The position numbers and the translations under genes were made by a program. Of a DNA stretch of 32,000 nucleotides, positions 17,422-26,637 are shown in pieces. Source of the DNA: Opitutales bacterium (GTDB lineage: Bacteria > Verrucomicrobiota > Verrucomicrobiia > Opitutales > Coraliomargaritaceae). The notes under the pieces were generated by a model. That model was not told where the DNA came from, made no database searches, and saw only the letters and a list, made by a program, of their open reading frames with translations. The stretch spans positions 25,406 to 57,405 of the forward strand of contig JBMYVL010000007.1 in NCBI GenBank assembly GCA_049606355.1, given 5' to 3'. The number at the start of each line of letters is the position of its first letter. Position 1 is the stretch's first letter.

Positions 17422-18882
17422 ATGCGCCACTCCCCAATCGTTTCGCTACTTCTATTACTCGGTACGCAATTGTATGCTGCCGGGCCGGAGCAGTCGGTTG
17501 TACAAATTTTAAATTATGCGCAGCGGCCGAACTGGATCGAGCCTTGGCGTTATTCAAAAGTTACGGGTGGGCTGGGCAGCGGCTTCGTGATTGATGGCCA
17601 GCGGATCATGACCAACGCCCACGTCGTGAGCTGGTCAAAGCAAATCATCGTGCACCGCTACCAAGACCCCAAGCCCTACCGCGCTGAGGTTGAGTATATC
17701 GGTCATGATTGCGACCTGGCTGTTCTGCGTGTGGACGACCCTGCTTTTTTTGAGGGCATTCCACCCCTCCCGATCGGCGAACTACCCACTGTGCGCAGTT
17801 CCGTTACGACCTATGGCTACCCCGCCGGAGGGCGCCAAATCTCCTACACTCGCGGAGTGGTCTCTCGCATCGAAATGCAGCGTTACGTACATATTTTTAA
17901 TCGCACGCTCCTCTCCGTACAAACGGATGCTGCGATTAACCCCGGTAACAGCGGGGGGCCTGCGATCCAAGAAGGCAAAGTCGTGGGTGTTTCCTTTCAG
18001 GGGAACCCCAGCCTTGAAAATGCAGGCTTCTTTATCCCTCCCAATATTATCCGTCATTTTCTCAAAGATATCGAAGACGGGTGCTATGACGGCTTCCCGG
18101 ATGCGGGGATCAGCTTGGTGCCGCTCACCAACCCCGCTTTCCGCACCGCTCTTGGGCTGCCTGACAATGACTTCGGAGCGAGGATTGATAGTCTCTACCA
18201 ACCCTTCCCGAAAACACATGAGCTGTTGCGTGAGAATGACGTAGTTCTGGAAATCGCCGGCCACCGCGTCGGTAGCGATTGTATGATTCGCTACCACGGC
18301 AATCGCGTGCACTGCGCGGTTCTTCTCGATGAGGTACAAAACGGCGAATCCATCGATTTAAAGATATGGCGTGCAGGTGCGGCCATCGACCTCCAGCTGC
18401 CGATTTTCGTGCACCGCGAAGATCGTATTGCGGGCAATCAATACAAGGACCCACCCTATTTAATCGTCGGCGGTCTGGTCTTTACCGAATTGAGCAGTAA
18501 TTACCTCGGCTCACTGGGCCGCGAAGGGCAAAAAAATGTGAGTCCCGAGACTTTGTATGAGCTACTGTATCGTAGCCGGCAGACCGCGCCGCTCGCACGC
18601 GCCAAGCCGATCGTCCTCTCAAAAATCCTTAAGCATCCAAGTAATATCGATTTTGGCGTCGGCCCTCGCGCGATCGTCACTGAGGTTAATGGGCGCAGTG
18701 TCCACTCCATGCAGGACCTGCAGGCAGCACTGCGAGCTCCCGGGGATGCGTACCATCGCTTTCGTTTTCTCTCTGGGCGAGAAGAAGCCTTAGAGCGCCG
18801 GGCAGCAGCGCATGCTGATGCAGCCTTGTTGGCGCAGTACAATATCCCGGCCGCGGATCGATTGGAGGCGCACCATGACTAG
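17422..18882 (+). CDS. Exported trypsin-fold serine protease, S1C (Deg/HtrA-like), with PDZ-like C-terminal domains
   Basis: The track ORF (from 17221) overlaps aroG. The ATG at 17422 gives MRHSPIVSLLLLLGTQLYAAG, a signal peptide. The catalytic triad contexts are intact: GSGFVIDGQRIMTNAHVV (His), DCDLAVLRV (Asp) and TDAAINPGNSGGPA (Ser). The C-terminal region (FFIPPNIIRHFLKDIEDG; PPYLIVGGLVFTELS) recalls Deg2/Deg9/Nma111-type proteases. Confidence 0.85.
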   Translation: MRHSPIVSLLLLLGTQLYAAGPEQSVVQILNYAQRPNWIEPWRYSKVTGGLGSGFVIDGQRIMTNAHVVSWSKQIIVHRYQDPKPYRAEVEYIGHDCDLAVLRVDDPAFFEGIPPLPIGELPTVRSSVTTYGYPAGGRQISYTRGVVSRIEMQRYVHIFNRTLLSVQTDAAINPGNSGGPAIQEGKVVGVSFQGNPSLENAGFFIPPNIIRHFLKDIEDGCYDGFPDAGISLVPLTNPAFRTALGLPDNDFGARIDSLYQPFPKTHELLRENDVVLEIAGHRVGSDCMIRYHGNRVHCAVLLDEVQNGESIDLKIWRAGAAIDLQLPIFVHREDRIAGNQYKDPPYLIVGGLVFTELSSNYLGSLGREGQKNVSPETLYELLYRSRQTAPLARAKPIVLSKILKHPSNIDFGVGPRAIVTEVNGRSVHSMQDLQAALRAPGDAYHRFRFLSGREEALERRAAAHADAALLAQYNIPAADRLEAHHD

Positions 18883-20305
18883 GTATTTCATACGCCTTAG
18901 CCTAGGCCTTATGGTGCTGAGCCTCCTGCGCGCCAACGCCTTTGATCCGGCAGCGTCTTTGGTTGAGATCGAAATTACCAAGCAAAGTTATGACTACACG
19001 CAACCATGGGTGATTCGAAACCAACAAACCCGCAAGAATGGTATCGTCATTGATGGCAAGCAAGTGCTCACGACTGCCGATGGGCTTTCCGGGCATTACC
19101 TGTGTCGTGTTAAAAAAGGTGGAGTCAGTCGCCACTATACCGCGCAGTTAAAGTGGATCGATTATTACGCTAACGTTGCGCTGTTCGATGTGGAGGCAGC
19201 GGACTTTCATGTCGGTATGCAAGCGGTACCACTCGCAACCGAGATCCCGCAATCGGGAACGCTGCAAGTGTACCGTTGGCGCTCGGGGCGAATTGAAGAA
19301 CGCGCTGCCGAAATCATCCGCCTGTATAGCGGGAGCAGTAAAATGAGTTATTTACAGCATCTCGCGCTTTCGGTGTCGTCGGAAATTGAATCCGCAGGTT
19401 GGTCAGAAATTGTGTGCGACGATGACCAGCTCATCGGTCTAACCGCTTCCGCATCGGCGGGTAAACTTGTGGTCCTTCCTGCTCCGTTTATTGCCGATGT
19501 GATTGAGCGCCACGCGCAGAGTGACGACCCAGGCTTAGGCTACTTCGACTTCAGCTACATGCCGGGGAAAAATCCGGCTCTGCTCGCCTCAAAAGACTTC
19601 GAGCCACGCGACGTCGGCGTCGTGATTACTGATATTGGCCGACGGCGCTTAGCCAACAATACGCTCAAAGTGGGCGATATCCTTCTCGAGGTGGATGGCT
19701 ACACCATTGATAGTGAGGGCAAGTATATTGATCCGACTTATGGGCGTCTCTCGCTCCACAGTCTCGCGACACGAGCGCATGCCGCGGGTGAGCCGATTTC
19801 GATGCGCCTCTGGCGGGAGGGCGCGGAATGCAGCGTCGATTACATCCTGCCGCGGGCAGACTTCGACAAGAGTTTGATCCCCGAGCAGCGCTACGATGCC
19901 GCGCCAAACTATTTGATCGTCGGCGGATTGGTCTTCCAACCGCTGAGTGGCCCTTACTTAAATGCACTTGGCTCCAATAAGCCGGTTCTACTCGATTACT
20001 ATGCAGCGCGCCCACCACTAGCAGATCGAGACGGTCTGGTCATCCTGAGTCGCGTCCTGCCGGACGACTATAACCGTGGTTACGAAGAACTTCGCTTCCA
20101 GCTACTGGATACGATTAACGGTCAGACAATTCACGATCTCGAGTCCGTCGAACGTGCCTTGCAACAGCCCATCGATGGCTTTCACCGCTTGCACTTTATG
20201 CACGACGAAAATGTCCGTCATTTAATACTCGATGCGGCCACACTGGAACCAGCAACCCAACGCATCCTTGAGCACTACCGTATTCCCAGCGACCGGTCCT
20301 TGTGA
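18875..20305 (+). CDS. Paralogue of the preceding S1C protease with a degenerate catalytic triad (putative pseudoprotease)
   Basis: The ATG at 18875 overlaps the upstream stop (ATGACTAG, 8-nt overlap) and gives MTRYFIRLSLGLMVLSLLRANA, a signal peptide. It aligns along its whole length with the previous ORF (VIDGKQVLTTADGL vs VIDGQRIMTNAHVV; YANVALFDV vs DCDLAVLRV; PNYLIVGGLVFQPLS vs PPYLIVGGLVFTELS; HRLHF vs HRFRF). The His and Asp positions are replaced and the GNSGGP box is absent. Confidence 0.75.
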   Translation: MTRYFIRLSLGLMVLSLLRANAFDPAASLVEIEITKQSYDYTQPWVIRNQQTRKNGIVIDGKQVLTTADGLSGHYLCRVKKGGVSRHYTAQLKWIDYYANVALFDVEAADFHVGMQAVPLATEIPQSGTLQVYRWRSGRIEERAAEIIRLYSGSSKMSYLQHLALSVSSEIESAGWSEIVCDDDQLIGLTASASAGKLVVLPAPFIADVIERHAQSDDPGLGYFDFSYMPGKNPALLASKDFEPRDVGVVITDIGRRRLANNTLKVGDILLEVDGYTIDSEGKYIDPTYGRLSLHSLATRAHAAGEPISMRLWREGAECSVDYILPRADFDKSLIPEQRYDAAPNYLIVGGLVFQPLSGPYLNALGSNKPVLLDYYAARPPLADRDGLVILSRVLPDDYNRGYEELRFQLLDTINGQTIHDLESVERALQQPIDGFHRLHFMHDENVRHLILDAATLEPATQRILEHYRIPSDRSL

Positions 20306-20308
20306 TCG

Positions 20309-20683
20309 CTAGGCTCTAAACGGCTCAGTCTTAGGACCCTGATAATCCGCTTGTTGGTCCTCCACCACCACATTGGAACGGATGCCGCCGCGCCCACGCC
20401 AAATCGTTTCCAAGCGGGCCCACCGCGGCTGAGTCGCGGCAAATAAATCGCTGAAAATTTTATTGGTCGCCGCTTCAAAGAAAATCCCTTTGTTACGAAA
20501 GCTGTGCAGGTACAACTTCATCGATTTCAACTCGATACAAATGGCGTCGGGGGCATAGCTAAAAACCACGGTCGCATAATCGGGATGTCCCGTCATCGGA
20601 CAAGTCGAGGTAAACTCTTCCTGAATATGCTGAATCGTGTAGTTGTGCTCAGTATTTGGATTTGGAAACGTTTCTATGTCCAT
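20309..20683 (-). CDS. queF: NADPH-dependent 7-cyano-7-deazaguanine (preQ0) reductase QueF, unimodular type I
   Basis: 124 aa. Catalytic Cys context STCPMTGHPDYATV and the QueF motif ELKSMKLYL. Confidence 0.9.
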   Translation of the reverse strand: MDIETFPNPNTEHNYTIQHIQEEFTSTCPMTGHPDYATVVFSYAPDAICIELKSMKLYLHSFRNKGIFFEAATNKIFSDLFAATQPRWARLETIWRGRGGIRSNVVVEDQQADYQGPKTEPFRA

Positions 20684-20751
20684 GCCGTGACCATGTGTGC
20701 GTGTGATAAAAATTCAACCATGGATCGAAATGAATCCAAGCAGCGCCTCAA

Positions 20752-21936
20752 ATGAAAGTTCCTGCATCCGCGCGCACCGGCAGGACTGGCCTGCTGGAAA
20801 TTTTCCTCATTTATCTACGACTGGGCTGTCTCTCCTTTGGAGGACCGGTCGCCCATATCGGTTATTTTAAAACAACCTTTGTTACACAGCTCCAGTGGCT
20901 TTCTGAAGCACGTTTCGCGGAATTAATGGCGCTGAGTCAAGCCGTGCCGGGACCATCCAGCAGCCAACTGGGTTTTGCGATCGGATGGGTGCGCGGCGGC
21001 GGTCTCGGCGCACTTGTCGCATGGCTTGGCTTCACACTCCCCTCCGCTTGTTTAATGATCGCGGCCGCGTACGGCTTAATCGCAATGGGTGAGGCGGCAG
21101 CACCGATCCTAGATGGTTTACGAGTCGCCGCGGCGGCAGTGGTCGCACACGCGGTCATCACCCTGGGCAAGCACTTGTGCCCCGATCGAAGTCGCATAAG
21201 CCTCGCGCTGGCCAGCGCCGGTGCGGCAATCCTATGGCCCAGTGGCCTAACACAATTGGGGCTCATCTGCTGCGGGGCTATAATTGGCTATGCCCGCTAC
21301 CGCTCGCAGCCCGGAACAGCTGCATCACCAAGCACCGCTCTATCCATCGACGGTCGCGGAACACGACCTGCACTACTTGCGTTTGCCGGACTCATGTTAC
21401 TGGCCCTCACGATGACTCCAGAAATGCCCGGCGCCCTGTATGCCATGCATTATCAGGCAGGCGCGCTGGTCTTTGGTGGCGGCCATGTCGTCCTTCCCTT
21501 ACTACAAGATACCGTCGTGGGCAGTGGCCTCGTTGCCGAACGTGACTTCCTTGCCGGTTATGGCGCCGCGCAAGCCCTACCCGGACCACTGTTCACCTTT
21601 GCCGCTTTCACGGGAACCATCGCCACACAACATTGGCTGGGGGGGCTGGTGACTCTATGCGCGCTTTTCCTCCCGGGCTTATTGTTAATCACGGCACTGC
21701 TACCGTGCTGGGATCGCTTCCGCAATCAACTTTGGGCACAAGCCGGACTGAAAGGCGCCAATGCGGTAGTGGTCGGCTTGCTCCTTGCCGCTTTGTTAAC
21801 TCTGGTTGGTCCGCATAGTTTCCAGCATTGGGCCGACGGCTTGTTGGTTGCCGGCGCTTACATCGCGCTGACTCGCTTCAACTGGTCCGCAGCTTGGGTC
21901 GTCCTCGCTTGCGGCACGCTCGGCACCTTTCTTTAG
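20752..21936 (+). CDS. chrA: Chromate ion transporter (CHR family), two-domain long form
   Basis: 394 aa polytopic membrane protein. Two CHR repeats are each marked by the FGGP/FGGGHVVLP-type motif (LRLGCLSFGGPVAHIGY; ALVFGGGHVVLPLL) and QAVPGP/QALPGP. Confidence 0.85.
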   Translation: MKVPASARTGRTGLLEIFLIYLRLGCLSFGGPVAHIGYFKTTFVTQLQWLSEARFAELMALSQAVPGPSSSQLGFAIGWVRGGGLGALVAWLGFTLPSACLMIAAAYGLIAMGEAAAPILDGLRVAAAAVVAHAVITLGKHLCPDRSRISLALASAGAAILWPSGLTQLGLICCGAIIGYARYRSQPGTAASPSTALSIDGRGTRPALLAFAGLMLLALTMTPEMPGALYAMHYQAGALVFGGGHVVLPLLQDTVVGSGLVAERDFLAGYGAAQALPGPLFTFAAFTGTIATQHWLGGLVTLCALFLPGLLLITALLPCWDRFRNQLWAQAGLKGANAVVVGLLLAALLTLVGPHSFQHWADGLLVAGAYIALTRFNWSAAWVVLACGTLGTFL

Positions 21937-23981
21937 GCTGGCGCGCCTACCGGAGCTTCATCACCGGCGAGGTCACCCTTGTCCTTGCTGTCATCAACCG
22001 CTTTATCTGCTTCCTTGGCCGCCTCAGATGGCTCAGATTCCTCGGCAAGCGGCTCGCGCTTAATCACCGGTGAACGAATTTCGCCAAACTCAAGAATCTC
22101 CTGCACATGCTTGCCGTCGATGGTTTCATGCTCGAGCAAGGCCTCCGCACAGACATCGAGATGCGTGCGATGCTTGTTCAGGATATCCAACGAGCGATGG
22201 TATTGCGCATCCACAATATCATGGATTGCTTTATCAATTTTTTGCGCGGTTTGTTCGCTGTAATTTTGCGAACGCTCAATCTCTTGGCCGAGGAAAATGT
22301 GGTCTTTATTTTCACCATAGGCCACCGGCCCCAGATCCGTCATCCCCCAGTCACAAACCATGTGACGCGCGGTCTTCGTGACCATACGGATGTCACCCGA
22401 AGCACCGGAGGTGATGTCACCCATAACAATTTCTTCCGCCGCACGACCACCCATGCCACAGCAAATCTGGTTGAGCAGGCGGCGTTTGGAATGGTTTAAA
22501 ACATCCTTCTTCGGCATGAACATCGTCGAACCGAGACTTTGCCCGCGAGGAATGATGGTAACTTTGTGCACGGGCAGGTGGCCGTCGTCCACAACTGCCT
22601 GTACCAAAGCATGGCCGGCTTCGTGGTAGGCCGTGATCTTCCGGTCCTCATCATCCATCAGCTTGCGACGCTCCCGACCAAAGGAAATTTTATCGCGGGC
22701 TTCATCCAGATCCTGCATCTCCACCACTTTTTTATTGTAGCGAGCCGCAATCAAGGCGCCTTCATTCAGCAAATTCGCCAAATCAGCACCGGAAAATCCG
22801 GGTGTGTTGCGAGCCACATGCTCAAGGTTAACCGCCTCATCCAGCGCAATCTTCTTGGCGTGGACCAGCAGAATCTCATGCCGTCCATTGAGGTCCGGCA
22901 AATCAATGGTGACTTGGCGGTCAAAACGGCCGGGGCGAAGCAATGCGTTATCGAGCACATCGGGGCGATTGGTCGCCGCGATAATGATGACTCCTTCGTG
23001 GCCATCAAAACCATCCATCTCCACCAACAGGGAATTGAGCGTCTGCTCTCGCTCATCATTACCGCCGCCGAGTCCGGCACCACGTTGGCGACCCACAGCA
23101 TCAATCTCATCAATAAACACGATGCAGGGAGCATTTTTACGGCCTTGCTCAAACATGTCGCGCACGCGGGCGGCCCCGACACCGACAAACATTTCCACAA
23201 AATCAGACCCCGAAATCGAAAAGAACGGGACATCCGCCTCACCGGCTACCGCTTTCGCCAGCAGGGTCTTACCCGTACCGGGAGGGCCCACCATCAAGAC
23301 ACCTTTGGGGATACGCCCACCAATGCGTTGAAATTTCTTGGGATCCTTCAGGAAATCGACCACTTCGGAGACTTCTTCTTTAGCCTCATCGCAACCGGCA
23401 ACATCCTTAAACGTGACGCTGTCTTTCTCGCGCGTGAGCATCTTGGCCTTGCTCTTGCCAAAACTCATCGCACCGCGCCCGGCATTCTTGAGCTGGCGTA
23501 CAAACAAGAAATACAACAAGCCGATGATCAGCACGAAGGGTAGGAAACTGATCAAAATATCCTGAAAGGCAGTGCTACTACGGCGCTCGGCGACGACTTC
23601 ACGCAACAGCAGGAAGTCTGTTTCGGTCAGACGACCTTCGACACGAAAAGGAACCAGCTTCGGCTCTTTCGAATTGATATCATCCGGATCAAAATTCGGG
23701 TTTCGCATCTGCCCGGTAACGATGTAGCCCTCTTTGCCCAGCGATGGATCCGGCTTCATGACCCCAGAATCCTGCTGTATATCGCCCGCTTGCACCGCCG
23801 CGACCAGCTCACTTACGCTCAACTGACGCAGGTTGGTACCCGCACCGGGCATTGAATACCAGAGCGCGATAATCGCAGTAATAATGACCAACCAGATCAG
23901 CAGCACTTTCGGTTGAAAGCGCTCAGGCTGTGGGTTGCGACCCGAGTCGTTGTTTTGTGGCGTGTTTGACGATTTTGGCAT
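21933..23981 (-). CDS. ftsH: ATP-dependent zinc metalloprotease FtsH
   Basis: 682 aa. Two N-terminal TM segments, AAA+ Walker A ([18 protein letters not shown]), Walker B (IVFIDEIDA), SRH ([20 protein letters not shown]) and Zn site (HEAGHA). Confidence 0.97.
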   Translation of the reverse strand: MPKSSNTPQNNDSGRNPQPERFQPKVLLIWLVIITAIIALWYSMPGAGTNLRQLSVSELVAAVQAGDIQQDSGVMKPDPSLGKEGYIVTGQMRNPNFDPDDINSKEPKLVPFRVEGRLTETDFLLLREVVAERRSSTAFQDILISFLPFVLIIGLLYFLFVRQLKNAGRGAMSFGKSKAKMLTREKDSVTFKDVAGCDEAKEEVSEVVDFLKDPKKFQRIGGRIPKGVLMVGPPGTGKTLLAKAVAGEADVPFFSISGSDFVEMFVGVGAARVRDMFEQGRKNAPCIVFIDEIDAVGRQRGAGLGGGNDEREQTLNSLLVEMDGFDGHEGVIIIAATNRPDVLDNALLRPGRFDRQVTIDLPDLNGRHEILLVHAKKIALDEAVNLEHVARNTPGFSGADLANLLNEGALIAARYNKKVVEMQDLDEARDKISFGRERRKLMDDEDRKITAYHEAGHALVQAVVDDGHLPVHKVTIIPRGQSLGSTMFMPKKDVLNHSKRRLLNQICCGMGGRAAEEIVMGDITSGASGDIRMVTKTARHMVCDWGMTDLGPVAYGENKDHIFLGQEIERSQNYSEQTAQKIDKAIHDIVDAQYHRSLDILNKHRTHLDVCAEALLEHETIDGKHVQEILEFGEIRSPVIKREPLAEESEPSEAAKEADKAVDDSKDKGDLAGDEAPVGAPA

Positions 23982-23993
23982 GTCTCTAAAATT

Positions 23994-25445
23994 TCAAAGT
24001 GAGTCTCTTATTTGGTAAGTCAACCTAAGAGCCGAGATCGTTCCCGCACCGATGCGGTACTTCTCAGCCGGGGGTAAACCCGGCACCCAGAGGATTTCTT
24101 CACTGGCCAATACGACCACCGGTAGTTGCTTTCGTTCCCTCTGTGGGATTTGGCGGTCAACAAACCAGTCCTTGAGTTTTTTGCGCCCCGGAGCACCCAT
24201 CGGCTGAAAGCGATCCCCCGGCAACCAGCCGCGCACCTCAAGCGCCTGGCTAGCATCCAGCGCCAAGTAACTTTCTACTTTTGGATCGATTGCGCCGCGG
24301 CAAATCTCCTCGCGAAGTGAGGCAGTGAGCCTGACCCTGCAACAGCTCAAACGGGCACCATTTGGTAAAGTGAGAACGGCATCGAGCGGCAAACTCAGGC
24401 GCTCCAACGCCGGCGGACTGTCGCTCCCGGGCACCAGGCGCAGCGAATCGGTCGCCATTTCAATAAAATCGATGCCGGCACTCATCCGTTGTACCTTGGT
24501 GCTCGCGACTCCATCGAGTAAGGCTTCCAAGGCCGGGGCACTGATTGAATCGAGGCGCTGATGCGCGGCCAACCATGCAACTAAAGCGCGGCGCGCAAGC
24601 GCGCGGTGCGCCGTACGTAAGCTTTCGCGATCTAAAGACGCTGCGCCGTCAAAAGCAGCGGGGAATTGCGCGCGCGCCAATGCATCGAGCGCAATCGCAT
24701 CTTCCTCGACTAATTGTCGGGTACGCGCCGCACCTGCGGATACCTCCCGATCCAAGGCAGTCGTTAGTTGTGGAATGATGTGCTGCCGCAGGGCATTGCG
24801 TGCGATGGTGGTATTTTGGTTGCTGGCATCCTCTCGCCAAGGCACGGAGCAGGCCTTCAGGTCGGCGCGAATAGCGTCAGCGCGCTGCGTCAATAAGGGG
24901 CGCAGGTGTGGCGGCCCCTCTTCAAATATGTGCACGGGGCGCGGAGCAGCCAGCCCTGCACTGCCGACCCCACGAGCCAGTCGCTGCAGCTGCGTCTCTA
25001 AGATATCGTCAAGTTGATGCCCGAATGCGATGCACTGGCAACCGTGCGCCTGTGCCGCTTCGCGAAGAAAACTTAAGCGCAGCGCACGGGCGCTGGTTTC
25101 GGAAAACGCCGAGGCAGCATCCGGTCGCGCTGCAGTTACATAGGAGCAATCTAAATCCTTCGCCAGCGCCTCTACAAAAGCTGCATCCGCATCTGCTGCA
25201 CTCGCCCGCCAGCGATGATTGTAATGCGCGACCACAAGCTCAATCTGGAGTGCGGCTGCATGCGCCCACAGCACGCAGAGTAGCGCAAGCGAATCTGCCC
25301 CACCCGAGCACGCAACCAAAACACGCTTGCTATCGGCACGTGCGAGCCATGCCAGCGCATCCGCGTGGAGCTTAGTGGTCGGGATACGCTCCCCCACTTG
25401 AGTGGCGCGATCCGGCCAAGATAAACTGTTTTCAGCTGTCGACAT
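23994..25445 (-). CDS. tilS: tRNA(Ile)-lysidine synthase TilS
   Basis: PP-loop motif VACSGGADSLALL and HYNH, with a long C-terminal substrate-binding region ending in ILWVPG. It lies directly upstream of ftsH, a widely conserved pairing. The start is uncertain. The longest ORF reaches 25511 and would overlap the divergent queA ATG, so I prefer the ATG at 25445 (MSTAENSL...). Confidence 0.85.
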   Translation of the reverse strand: MSTAENSLSWPDRATQVGERIPTTKLHADALAWLARADSKRVLVACSGGADSLALLCVLWAHAAALQIELVVAHYNHRWRASAADADAAFVEALAKDLDCSYVTAARPDAASAFSETSARALRLSFLREAAQAHGCQCIAFGHQLDDILETQLQRLARGVGSAGLAAPRPVHIFEEGPPHLRPLLTQRADAIRADLKACSVPWREDASNQNTTIARNALRQHIIPQLTTALDREVSAGAARTRQLVEEDAIALDALARAQFPAAFDGAASLDRESLRTAHRALARRALVAWLAAHQRLDSISAPALEALLDGVASTKVQRMSAGIDFIEMATDSLRLVPGSDSPPALERLSLPLDAVLTLPNGARLSCCRVRLTASLREEICRGAIDPKVESYLALDASQALEVRGWLPGDRFQPMGAPGRKKLKDWFVDRQIPQRERKQLPVVVLASEEILWVPGLPPAEKYRIGAGTISALRLTYQIRDSL

Positions 25446-25509
25446 TACCGAGTTGGCATTGACAGCACCATAGAGATTAAGACAGCGATTACCACAACGA
25501 CTTTTATTC

Positions 25510-26595
25510 ATGGACGCCGCCCTCTTCGATTACCACCTCCCGCAGGAATGTATTGCGCAGGAACCTGCGGTCACCCGCGATGCCTCGCGCCTCATGGTCG
25601 TCGATCGCAACACGCGCACGGTCACGCATACTCATTTTGCTGAAATCGGTGCCTTCCTGCCCGGCACGACACGCTTTTATCGCAACAACGCCGCCGTTTT
25701 AAAAGCACGTCTCTATGGCCAACGACCCAGCGGCGGCAAAGTCGAGTGCCTGCTGCTGGAGCCAGCGGAAGACGCAGTCACTTGGTGGTGCCTGCTGCGC
25801 CCGGGTAAAAAAGCAGCCCAAACGGGCTTCGGACTACAGGGCGACTACCGCGCCGAAGTGCTTGAAGCCGGCAGCAGTGGCAACTACCGCGTGCGCTTCC
25901 ACCTTGAGCGCAACGAATCCGTCACCGATCTGGCAGAACGCCTGGGCATCATGCCGCTCCCTCCCTACATCGCGCGCAGCGAGGACGATCCACGTTTGGC
26001 GGACGATGCCGAGCGCTACCAAACCGTCTATGCCGATTACCAAAAACGCGTGGCCGTCGCGGCTCCGACCGCCGGTCTACATTTTACCAAAGAGTTAATC
26101 GCCGAACTTGAAGCGCGCGGCAGCAGCTTTCACGACCTTACCTTACAAGTCGGCATTGGCACGTTCCATCCGATTCAGGTTGACGACATCACCCAGCATG
26201 CAATTCACCGCGAATGGTACGAGATTCCGGCAGCGGTCTTTGAATCGCTGCAAAACCAAACGCTCGGCCCACGGGTTGCGGTCGGCACGACCTCGGTACG
26301 CTCGATCGAAGACGCGATGCGACGCACCCAAAAATCGCCCCAGGAATGCCGCAGCCCCAGTGGCTCCGTGCAAGCTGAAGCCGACCTATTCATTTATCCA
26401 CCCGCAGACTTTGCCGCCGTCGACCACCTGATCACCAACTTCCATTTACCCAAGTCGACCCTACTGTGCCTCGTTTCGGCTTTTTTGGCACCCGGTAGCA
26501 AAGAAGGCATCCCATGGCTTAAGGAACTTTACGCTGAGGCAATCGATCGGCAGTATCGGTTCTACAGTTACGGCGATGCGATGCTGATTCTGTGA
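25510..26595 (+). CDS. queA: S-adenosylmethionine:tRNA ribosyltransferase-isomerase QueA
   Basis: 361 aa. QueA N-terminus (LFDYHLPQECIAQEPA ... RDASRLMVV), with MPLPPYI, AAPTAGLHFT, VGTTSVRS and a C-terminal RFYSYGDAMLI. Confidence 0.95.
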   Translation: MDAALFDYHLPQECIAQEPAVTRDASRLMVVDRNTRTVTHTHFAEIGAFLPGTTRFYRNNAAVLKARLYGQRPSGGKVECLLLEPAEDAVTWWCLLRPGKKAAQTGFGLQGDYRAEVLEAGSSGNYRVRFHLERNESVTDLAERLGIMPLPPYIARSEDDPRLADDAERYQTVYADYQKRVAVAAPTAGLHFTKELIAELEARGSSFHDLTLQVGIGTFHPIQVDDITQHAIHREWYEIPAAVFESLQNQTLGPRVAVGTTSVRSIEDAMRRTQKSPQECRSPSGSVQAEADLFIYPPADFAAVDHLITNFHLPKSTLLCLVSAFLAPGSKEGIPWLKELYAEAIDRQYRFYSYGDAMLIL

Positions 26596-26637
26596 GTTTG
26601 TAAAAAGGTTGGAATAATTTGCCCCCGCTGCGCTCCT

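Noticed and set aside
20684-20751. Possible preQ1 riboswitch upstream of queF.
   Set aside because: The 68-nt leader, read on the minus strand, shows neither the conserved preQ1-I hairpin with its A-rich tail nor an obvious pseudoknot. This cannot be fully excluded without a covariance-model scan.
22539-23543. A 334-codon plus-strand ORF, with several overlapping ORFs of 100-175 codons, lying antisense to ftsH.
   Set aside because: It lies entirely inside the strongly supported ftsH AAA+ and protease region. The translation is low-complexity with no recognisable motifs. Long stop-free antisense frames are expected opposite highly biased coding sequence. I treat it as a shadow ORF.
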